The notes beneath the pieces were generated by a model, which saw nothing but the letters and a program-made list of their open reading frames with translations, ran no database searches and was not told the origin of the DNA. Of a DNA stretch of 40,134 bases, positions 8,170 to 14,986 are shown piece after piece. Positions within the stretch are counted from its first letter, which is position 1; the number at the start of each line of letters is the position of its first letter. The stretch covers positions 1-40,134 of the forward strand of contig JANPLU010000085.1 in assembly GCA_031422435.1 (NCBI GenBank), written 5' to 3'. Source of the stretch: Acaryochloridaceae cyanobacterium VAR_48_metabat_390. Its GTDB lineage: Bacteria > Cyanobacteriota > Cyanobacteriia > Thermosynechococcales > Thermosynechococcaceae. The translations under genes and the position numbers were made by a program.

Positions 8170-8710
8170 CTCAATGCCCTTTGATCGCTCCATTAAGCGC
8201 CGCAAATCTACGCAATATCGGATGGAGATAACACCTGAACAGTGGCGAAATTTCATGGATGGCATTACGAATGGGCTATCAATCGAGACATCCTCATGGA
8301 GTGCTGGCGTCCCTCCTAGAACCGTTCGTAATTGGCTAGAAAAGGGCGAGATTTTAGCAGATGAAGATCTGCCCGTTGGATCTGCTGCAGCCCAGTATCA
8401 GGCCTTTTGGCGAGGCCATGAAAAGGCAAGGGCTAAATTTGAAGCGCTTCATGCTGGCAACATCAATTCTAAAGCAACCACAAAGTCTTCAGGCGAATGG
8501 ACAGCAAGCGCCTGGATGCTGGAGAGGCGGCGTTCCAAAGACTATGGGCAGCATTACCAGGTTGAGAAGCAGGTGGGTACACAGTTGTTAGAGCTTGTTA
8601 AATTCTGTTTTGACCAATCGCCTACACCTTTGTTCAGAGAACAGCTTGCGGCGATTGTGAACATGATTCCAGCTCTGGAATTATCGGAGACAGAAAAGTA
8701 TGAAGCTTGA
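8162..8710 (+). CDS. HTH protein, terminase small subunit-like (third family)
   Basis: HTH GLSIETSSWSAGVPPRTVRNWLEKG, then FWRGHEKARAKFE and WTASAWMLERRRSKDYG ('WxAAAWxLERR' TerS-type motif). Confidence 0.7.
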   Translation: MPNSMPFDRSIKRRKSTQYRMEITPEQWRNFMDGITNGLSIETSSWSAGVPPRTVRNWLEKGEILADEDLPVGSAAAQYQAFWRGHEKARAKFEALHAGNINSKATTKSSGEWTASAWMLERRRSKDYGQHYQVEKQVGTQLLELVKFCFDQSPTPLFREQLAAIVNMIPALELSETEKYEA

Positions 8711-8903
8711 TATTGACCTCCAAACGTGGTCAGAGCTTATGACGGCAATCAGCAGCCGACAGACCCCATACGATGAATTGACAGAAGTTGACCAAGTCAC
8801 AGACCGATTAGCCCTTGAGAAATTTGAGGAGCTATATCAACTGTTTGACCCTGCGATGAAAGCTCAATGTATGGGCATGATCAATAAGAAACTAGGGCGC
8901 TGA
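8700..8903 (+). CDS. Hypothetical 67-aa protein
   Basis: Overlaps previous stop; in operon. Confidence 0.6.
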   Translation: MKLDIDLQTWSELMTAISSRQTPYDELTEVDQVTDRLALEKFEELYQLFDPAMKAQCMGMINKKLGR

Positions 8904-8908
8904 AAGCT

Positions 8909-9130
8909 ATGAAGAAACGCAGCGGAAAACCCAGAACCTACGAACTGAATCAAGACCTTATCCATAAAATCGACAGCGCTTCAAGTGAGCTGGATATCTA
9001 CCCGAGTGAGTTGGTTAACGTACTTCTAGCTGATGCCTTGCAGCGCTTTGAGTCAGGCGCTCTGAAGCTTTCCACAGAGAGACGGTCAAATCACCAATTT
9101 CGCTCTCACAGGCTTAAGAGTATTGGCTAG
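8909..9130 (+). CDS. Ribbon-helix-helix (CopG-like) DNA-binding protein
   Basis: RTYELNQDLIHKIDSASSELDIYPSELVNVLLADAL strand-helix-helix pattern. Confidence 0.6.
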   Translation: MKKRSGKPRTYELNQDLIHKIDSASSELDIYPSELVNVLLADALQRFESGALKLSTERRSNHQFRSHRLKSIG

Positions 9131-9321
9131 TAAATGCTGAAAAATACAGACATTGAAAAATTTATTTACTGATTTTGAGGTCTTATGAAAAACCTATCGG
9201 CTTGCGAATATTTCCGCTTGTGGAACGGCGGAGGGGGTATATATATTGAATATACCCTTGTAAGGATATATCACTCAGTTCACAAAACCTTCTAAGCGAT
9301 TGCTCTTTTAGGACAACCCCA

Positions 9322-9744
9322 ATGGCAACACATAGAGATAAGTTACAGGCAGAATGGAATGCTCTTACACCAGAGCAACGACTAGAGGAAGCAAAAACGA
9401 TAGATCATAGTCATTTTGTTATGAGTCTTAGGTCAATAATGACACCAGAAGAAATTGAAGTTTATAAGACGGCAAAAAAAGCGCGACAAGAAGAAGAATA
9501 TGGAAAACAAGCCCTCTATATTTGGGGCTTTGCTGGCATGATCTTGCTCATCATGGGTAATACTATTTTTGGCAAGCAGATTTCATCGGTATTTTTGCCC
9601 TCAGACTGTGACAATGCAGCAACCAACCGATTGAGAATGGATAAACACATTGACGGCTTACAAAGCAGCGGGAAGACGGTTTACGACAGCACGTACTCGG
9701 TTCGTGATGCACTAAAAAATACTGAAAGAAGCTCTTGTAATTAG
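9322..9744 (+). CDS. Hypothetical single-pass membrane protein
   Basis: AGGA RBS; hydrophobic ALYIWGFAGMILLIMGNTIF. Confidence 0.65.
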   Translation: MATHRDKLQAEWNALTPEQRLEEAKTIDHSHFVMSLRSIMTPEEIEVYKTAKKARQEEEYGKQALYIWGFAGMILLIMGNTIFGKQISSVFLPSDCDNAATNRLRMDKHIDGLQSSGKTVYDSTYSVRDALKNTERSSCN

Positions 9745-10187
9745 ACTGTTTTTTCTTGACGGTTAAGCTTATACTCGCGTAGCGTCTGCAATCGCCATGC
9801 AGGGTATGTCCGCTCTTTGAGCCATAAAGTAGACAAAGGCTTTTTACACAGGTTGTTTGACGTGTCCCCATTGATGACTCCGCAGCTTCCCTCCAGAAGG
9901 AACGTGACAAAATCTCAGTATTTCTCAGTAGTCTAGCCGCCATGTAATACGTGGCTTATCTATATCCTTTGAGCAAATCCTGGATTCCGGCAAAGCTTCT
10001 ATGCTTAAGGGTTTCAGCCATATTGCCGGAGGTGGCACAAAGGGTACGGCTGGAAACTATACCCTTCCGCGACATCCCGCGAATGTTTTATAGGCTGGGA
10101 GTTATGGGTCTATGGAGGGGTTTCAAACCTCCTCATCCTCACAGCAGGGCAAAAGGCAGTCTTAGCGCTTGAAGTGGAAGCTCTCTG

Positions 10188-10571
10188 TTATTTCCAATCT
10201 CTCATTGCCACGCCGTACTCAGATGACCTTGTTTTTACAGCGCTTGACTGTGGGAGTTTTTTCTCTGGAAGTCCCGTAGGCACATAAGGAGACTTTCGTT
10301 TTTGATGAGTTAAGTTTAATTCTAAATCCGAGAAAGAGCTTTTTTGCGCTAGACGCTCTGGAATGATGACCCTCTGCATCAGGTATTCAATCGTCTGCTC
10401 TTTGACCCACCCTCGGTTCACTAAAATTTTACCAAAGGACATATTGCAGATGTTCTTCTGCTCGGCAAGCGCCATGTTCACCTGTGCTTCGGACAGTATG
10501 CCTGCCTCTACAAGATACGCACCGATGGGCTTATGGCTAGAACTAACATTAGGGCTTGAGTGATTGGCCAT
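10188..10571 (-). CDS. Stand-alone MshEN/T2SSE-N-like domain protein
   Basis: Tandem motifs PIGAYLVEAGILSEAQVNMALAEQ and FGKILVNRGWV resembling RLGxxLVxxGLIxxxxLxxxLxxQ. Confidence 0.7.
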   Translation of the reverse strand: MANHSSPNVSSSHKPIGAYLVEAGILSEAQVNMALAEQKNICNMSFGKILVNRGWVKEQTIEYLMQRVIIPERLAQKSSFSDLELNLTHQKRKSPYVPTGLPEKKLPQSSAVKTRSSEYGVAMRDWK

Positions 10572-10921
10572 GACGGCAAAAGAGATAGGGAACTAAAGCT
10601 TATAAACAACCGAACCATCAAAAACAGAGTATCAACTAAAGGCGGGACAGATTACCCTTTAGCTTTTGTCTGGCAGAGTTAAGGTTAAGATTCTATTATG
10701 GCAAACTGCTCTAGGAAGTAGCTCAGAAAACCCACGTAAATTACGTTCTCTTCTTCAAAGCTAAGTTAGACCGTCCTTTTTGCCTACGTCAGCCACAGAA
10801 GCCAATGACTGGGCGATTTCTATGTGGGCATTACTTTTCAGGATTGACCCTAAAAAGCCCCCAAGATTTTTACTCTCAGGGGCGTTGCTGGTTTATGGGG
10901 TGGCTAGAAACCTCCCTACCG

Positions 10922-11261
10922 TAGATCGCAATTACGAAAGGTACAGCGTGGCCTGAACCGTTCAGGCTTTAGTACAAGGGAATCTCAGCCCCTTCATTGA
11001 GAGCGCCTTTAATCAAAAAATTGAGGCTATAAGTCAGGTCAACAATATCCACCTTTTCCACATGGCGCGCGTTGTATTCAAGGCGAGATTGCAGCCCCAA
11101 AAGCGTCTCATGGACAACCTCTAACGTCATTTTTGCCTGCTTAGCAAATTTTTGGAGGTCTTCAGGCGACATCTCAATCGTGCTTTCATTTGGAAACATA
11201 GTTTTTACCTTTAGGTGAATGCATTCTAGACCGCAATTACGATAGAAACAGCGTGGCCTGA
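10922..11261. repeat. 35-bp imperfect direct repeat (10922-10956, 11227-11261; 31/35 identical)
   Basis: TAGATCGCAATTACGAAAGGTACAGCGTGGCCTGA vs TAGACCGCAATTACGATAGAAACAGCGTGGCCTGA. Confidence 0.85.
10969..11199 (-). CDS. Hypothetical 76-aa protein
   Basis: ATG at 11199 preceded by AAAGGTAAAAACT; this start avoids the overlap in the track's 11316 start. Confidence 0.6.
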   Translation of the reverse strand: MFPNESTIEMSPEDLQKFAKQAKMTLEVVHETLLGLQSRLEYNARHVEKVDIVDLTYSLNFLIKGALNEGAEIPLY

Positions 11262-11536
11262 TGGGCTTTGATGCGGCGTAACAGCTCAGGGCATCTCGCG
11301 TCAGATTCGTACTCAAACAGTTGTCTAAGAGACTCAGTTAGTGCGGCGTGGCGCTCTCCATTCAAGGCTGGGACACCCATACGCAAGATCGCCTCTTCTA
11401 AGGCTTTAATGGCGCTTATTTGGAGGCAGGCAAACGAGTCTTCAACCACACCATCGCTCATAAGCGCATACTGAACCGTCTTGAGGGCGTTTATGGCTTC
11501 TAAAAGCTGCTGCTGCGGAAGTGCGTCGTAAATCAT
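11237..11536 (-). CDS. Hypothetical protein
   Basis: AAGGACAAAACT-ATG RBS. Confidence 0.65.
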   Translation of the reverse strand: MIYDALPQQQLLEAINALKTVQYALMSDGVVEDSFACLQISAIKALEEAILRMGVPALNGERHAALTESLRQLFEYESDARCPELLRRIKAHQATLFLS

Positions 11537-11630
11537 AGTTTTGTCCTTTGGTAAGTGTTTTTGAAGATCCCGATTTCAAATCTGAAGCTTAGGCAGTAGA
11601 TGGCACTGCCCAAGCCATGTCATACACGGT

Positions 11631-11777
11631 CTAGTCGATGGGAAACCCTTTGTACAGGGTTGGAGCCTTACGCGGCGCAGGCATGGCCTGATTAAAGCGG
11701 CGCTCTACCTCATCAACCTTTGAGGGCTGGTTTACTGAGACAGTGACGGTCTTGGTTTCTACAGTGGTCGGTGACAT
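11631..11777 (-). CDS. Hypothetical 48-aa protein
   Basis: AAGGAG RBS before ATG 11777 (MSPTTVETKTVTV...). Confidence 0.55.
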   Translation of the reverse strand: MSPTTVETKTVTVSVNQPSKVDEVERRFNQAMPAPRKAPTLYKGFPID

Positions 11778-11860
11778 ACTATTTGAACTCCTTAGTTTGG
11801 GGTAGAGAGAGCGCTTGTTCTTTGCCGGATGGGGCGCTCTCTTTTGTTTAACTGAATTTA

Positions 11861-11956
11861 TTATCACTGTATATCGTGTTAATTGCAATTATTTAGTTAT
11901 ACTATTTTCGCTGTATACCGTGTTTTTGTATAAGCATAGGTTATCGCTGTATACTT
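11861..11956. promoter_or_regulatory. Three direct repeats TTWTCRCTGTATAY in a divergent promoter region; candidate operators
   Basis: Copies at 11861, 11905 (17/20 identical to the first) and 11941, in an AT-rich intergenic region. Confidence 0.55.
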
Positions 11957-12003
11957 CTGGAAATCACGAGTATACTGATTCTGTAGAGTTTGATATATGA
12001 GCT

Positions 12004-12228
12004 ATGCCCAGGGGGAACCCTAATCCAGTCCAGACTACTGAGTTCAAGGTCTATCGTTACAAGCGGACTGATGGAACTGATGAACCTCTGGCTCCCAAGC
12101 AGGTTCAAGTACGATTACCACTGAGCGTTGATACTGTAGTTCAGACTCTGCCCAACCGTTCGGCATGGCTACGCCGCGTCATCACTGAGGCTGCACAGCG
12201 TGAACTGATGAAGGATGGTGAGACATGA
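12004..12228 (+). CDS. Small RHH-like DNA-binding protein
   Basis: VQVRLPLSVDTVVQTLPNRSAWLRRVITEA pattern. Confidence 0.7.
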   Translation: MPRGNPNPVQTTEFKVYRYKRTDGTDEPLAPKQVQVRLPLSVDTVVQTLPNRSAWLRRVITEAAQRELMKDGET

Positions 12229-12506
12229 CACAGGCCACTGATACCGACATCCGAGAACTTCGGGATCTAATGCTTGGCTTAGATAAAAAGCTAGATGGCA
12301 TGGATAAACGGCTAGAGGTCTTTCAAGCTAGAACCGATGAACGATTTAACAGCATCGATCAGCGATTCAATAGCATTGACCAGCGGCTAGGCTCTCTTGA
12401 GGATAGAACCAAGTCTCAAGATAGTCGCTTGTGGACGTTTGTAACTGCTCTCGTGCTCGCAGCCTTGGGCATCATCACCAAGCTGGCATTCTTTCCACAG
12501 GCTTAA
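12225..12506 (+). CDS. Coiled-coil protein with C-terminal membrane anchor
   Basis: RFNSIDQ x2 heptads; LWTFVTALVLAALGIITKLAFF; ATGA coupling. Confidence 0.75.
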   Translation: MTQATDTDIRELRDLMLGLDKKLDGMDKRLEVFQARTDERFNSIDQRFNSIDQRLGSLEDRTKSQDSRLWTFVTALVLAALGIITKLAFFPQA

Positions 12507-12801
12507 CCCTGCTCCCATGCAGTTTATTGATGCGTAGATTGATATCCATATTATTGAGAATGGCTAGAAATACCTTACAGCAAAGCTTTCAGGATTCGAC
12601 TCTCACCCTTGGTAAAGGTGAGGTCATGAGGAATAGAGGCTTCTATTGTCGATGAGGATAATATTTTCCAGCTTCAATAGGGGCAAAAGGCAATTCTTTA
12701 GTACACGTCTCCAACAAATCTCGATTGCAGGTTCCTTCAAGCGCCCTTGGGGCAAAGAGACTCTTTTATCTTAACGCAGAAACTCAACTGACGCGTTCGG
12801 C

Positions 12802-12960
12802 TCACTTACATGATTTGAGGAAATAGATCTGTGATTTTGTGGCGATCGCCTTTCCGGTTAGGGTAGCAGGTACCCCACAGCTAATCGTGTACCGTTTGCC
12901 CAAATACAGCCATCGGAGCCTGTATCGTCCATCGTGGTTCTCAATTGTGACTGCTGACAG
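12802..12960 (-). pseudogene. Truncated tyrosine integrase, N-terminal arm-binding domain only (DUF3596/Arm-DNA-bind-like)
   Basis: Manual translation LSAVTIENHDGRYRLRWLYLGKRYTISCGVPATLTGKAIATKSQIYFLKSCK*; reads away from the tRNA 3' end; no catalytic domain follows. Confidence 0.7.
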
Positions 12961-12962
12961 GG

Positions 12963-12981
12963 CGGGGTAAATTTCGGGGTA
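12963..12981. promoter_or_regulatory. Paired CGGGGTA repeats 12 bp apart; candidate integrase arm-type sites
   Basis: 12963-12969 and 12975-12981, between the integrase remnant and the tRNA. Confidence 0.45.
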
Positions 12982-13102
12982 GGTTTAACGCCCCAAACAA
13001 CCCTTAACGGCCTAGCCTCATTGTCTTATTGATAATTGAAAAGACCTTCAGGAGTTGTTTAGAACTCCCAAAAGCCTTGCTGCATACGGTTCCCCGAATA
13101 AA

Positions 13103-13176
13103 TCGGAGCGACAGGATTTGAACCTGCGACCCCTACTACCCCAAAGTAGTGCGCTACCAAGCTGCGCTACGCCCCG
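13103..13176 (-). tRNA. tRNA-Pro(GGG)
   Basis: CGGGGCGTAGCGCAGCTTGGTAGCGCACTACTTTGGGGTAGTAGGGGTCGCAGGTTCAAATCCTGTCGCTCCGA folds as a cloverleaf; anticodon GGG; no encoded CCA. Confidence 0.97.
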
Positions 13177-13242
13177 ATGTAATGCTTTACAAGACTATCA
13201 CAAAATCTTTTACTGTTTTCAGAAAATTCTGAGTTTCTTGTT

Positions 13243-13608
13243 CTAAAACACCTGCACCATCTGAATCACCCGCAATATTTCTTTGGTGGCTTCAACAGAC
13301 CAACATCCCTCTGCCCGTCGCCCCGTTAGCACTATAAAGCTGAGCTGATATGCATCACAGTCGCCCCGCACCTCCATCCAGAGATGGTCGTTCGATGCCT
13401 CACAGGCGATCGCCTCTTCTTCCATCAGCTCTGAGCGCATTTGTTCAATGGTTTCGCTAAGCTGAAGCGCAAATCGACAAAAATCATCAAACTCGGCCTG
13501 GATTAACTCAACCGACCAGTCATCTGCACCCACCAGCGCCTGAAATGAAGGTGCTTTTGGATCCCAGCCAACGCGCCAGCCGATACCAGATCGCAGTTGC
13601 CGTGCCAT
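13243..13608 (-). CDS. DUF1818 family cyanobacterial protein
   Basis: GWRVGWDP...LVGADDWSVEL...GRRAEGCW. Confidence 0.75.
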   Translation of the reverse strand: MARQLRSGIGWRVGWDPKAPSFQALVGADDWSVELIQAEFDDFCRFALQLSETIEQMRSELMEEEAIACEASNDHLWMEVRGDCDAYQLSFIVLTGRRAEGCWSVEATKEILRVIQMVQVF

Positions 13609-13618
13609 TACCTATGTT

Positions 13619-14263
13619 CTACTTCAAAAACTGCGCTTCGCCGCCGCTAAGTGTAGACGGCCTGCCAATGGGATTGGTCTTCAGCGAACCCGCACTGCCT
13701 GGAACCGCAAGCGGCGTTAATACGGGTCGATAGGTAGGCGGCGCTGGCTGTGGCTTTGCTTGGGGGAAGGGCGCAGGTGCTTTCACCGCCCCTGATGCAG
13801 TCTGACTTCCTGTAAATGCATCTACCAAAGACTGAACGAGAGCATTGCGCTGAGCGGCATTCAGCTTTTGAACAGAAATGCGATCGCTGTCTAAGGGACT
13901 TTTCTTTAAAAAGGCATAGCCAGGATAGGTTTCTGGCTGAATTACCTCGTGGATGCCAAGGTAGTCCGCCAACGTGGTCTTCCAGTCAATGCGGTAAAGC
14001 GGCGATCGCCCTTTCACAGAACTGTGATACTGCACAATGCGGCTCACAAGGGTGCTTTCAACTGCCTGCTTATTGCTATCGGCTCGAATATACTGATTCT
14101 CAAGTGCTAGCGTGGGGAGTCGTCGATAGACCAACTTAGCCACATCGGTGGAGGAACTGAGCTGTGCAAAGGATGCTGGTGCAAAAAGTAAGGCTGCGGC
14201 ACTACTCAGTAGCAGTATCCTGCCAGATTGGGTTAAGAATGACCAGTATCTTAGGATTTGCAA
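13619..14263 (-). CDS. Conserved hypothetical exported protein
   Basis: Signal-peptide-like N-terminus ending ASFA; Pro-rich C-terminus. Confidence 0.7.
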   Translation of the reverse strand: MQILRYWSFLTQSGRILLLSSAAALLFAPASFAQLSSSTDVAKLVYRRLPTLALENQYIRADSNKQAVESTLVSRIVQYHSSVKGRSPLYRIDWKTTLADYLGIHEVIQPETYPGYAFLKKSPLDSDRISVQKLNAAQRNALVQSLVDAFTGSQTASGAVKAPAPFPQAKPQPAPPTYRPVLTPLAVPGSAGSLKTNPIGRPSTLSGGEAQFLK

Positions 14264-14337
14264 GCGTGGTTTTCTCCTAGAAATAGAATGTACTAACCCT
14301 GTGTGGCTAGTTTTGGTTAGAAGCCGCGCGCTTTACA

Positions 14338-14423
14338 CTCCCTCATCCCCTAACCCCTTCTCCCTAGGGAGGGGGGTCAGACTCTTGCTCCTTCTCTCTA
14401 GGGAGAGGGTTGGGGTGAGGGGA
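14338..14423. repeat. Palindromic short dispersed (REP-like) cyanobacterial repeat
   Basis: CCCTCATCCCCTAACCCCTTCTCCCTAGGGAG...CTCTCTAGGGAGAGGGTTGGGGTGAGGG nested hairpins downstream of rpoZ. Confidence 0.75.
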
Positions 14424-14452
14424 AGAAACGTAAGTTATTAGATCCAGTCACT

Positions 14453-14683
14453 TTAATCGCCAATAATTTCTGGCTGCGTCAGCTCATCAGACATTTCCAG
14501 AATGGCCTGGATTACAGCCTTCATTGCGCCCTCATCAAAATCTTCCATGTTTTCACGACGGCGGCGCTTTTTAGCACGACTCGCCACCTGAACAGTAATG
14601 CGATATCGGTTAGAGGAGGCATTCACCAATTCCTCGGCTCGGCGCATGATTTGAATGGTGTCTACAGCAGAGCGCTTTTGCAT
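14453..14683 (-). CDS. rpoZ: RNA polymerase omega subunit
   Basis: [19 protein letters not shown]...[15 protein letters not shown]. Confidence 0.95.
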   Translation of the reverse strand: MQKRSAVDTIQIMRRAEELVNASSNRYRITVQVASRAKKRRRRENMEDFDEGAMKAVIQAILEMSDELTQPEIIGD

Positions 14684-14986
14684 GGATGACGTAGCCCAGT
14701 AAGATTACAGCCCATTGTAGCAACAACGTTTGCCAGCCTAAAAGCCTTTCCTCAAACATTGACATTCTGCCAGTGCTAAAACAATGGGAAATTCCAGTGA
14801 ACTCTTTTGAAAAAAGTGAGCAATGCTAAGCATAAAAAGTTAGCATCTCTAGCGCTCTGAGGAGATGATATAAGTAAGTGGACATGCCTTTGCAGTTCTT
14901 AATCTTTATCTCTACAGCGCTTTGAGTAGACGAGTTTAGACTGCTCAGTTATTTGTCTTGATCAAAGTTTTAGGATCGCCGCCATC

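Larger units (their letters stand above)
1..13102. mobile_element. Phage-satellite-like (PICI/tycheposon-like) island A at the 3' end of tRNA-Pro; left boundary outside the window, possibly composite
   Basis: Xis-like HTH, primase-helicase, iterons, TerS-like genes and an integrase remnant next to the tRNA 3' end; no housekeeping or recognisable virion genes. Confidence 0.8.

Noticed and set aside
9563..10172. ORFs 9563..9943(-) and 9951..10172(+) as genes or the missing integrase C-terminus
   Set aside because: No recognisable motifs or RBS, partial overlap with 9322..9744, and no catalytic H-x-x-R/Y pattern found.
12510..12800. Continuation of the integrase pseudogene (WRRVLKEL peptide)
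   Set aside because: Resemblance too weak and frames are interrupted; cannot be supported without a search.
1..13050. Duplicated tRNA-Pro 3' end marking the other att site of island A
   Set aside because: No second copy found by eye in the window, so the left boundary remains undefined.
1..13102. Complete prophage
   Set aside because: No recognisable terL, portal, capsid, tail or lysis genes within the window.
13055..13246. 63-aa ORF
   Set aside because: Antisense shadow of tRNA-Pro.
14823..14846. ATGCTAA-N10-TTAGCAT inverted repeat upstream of phosphoketolase
   Set aside because: Short AT-rich arms compatible with chance; no factor can be assigned.
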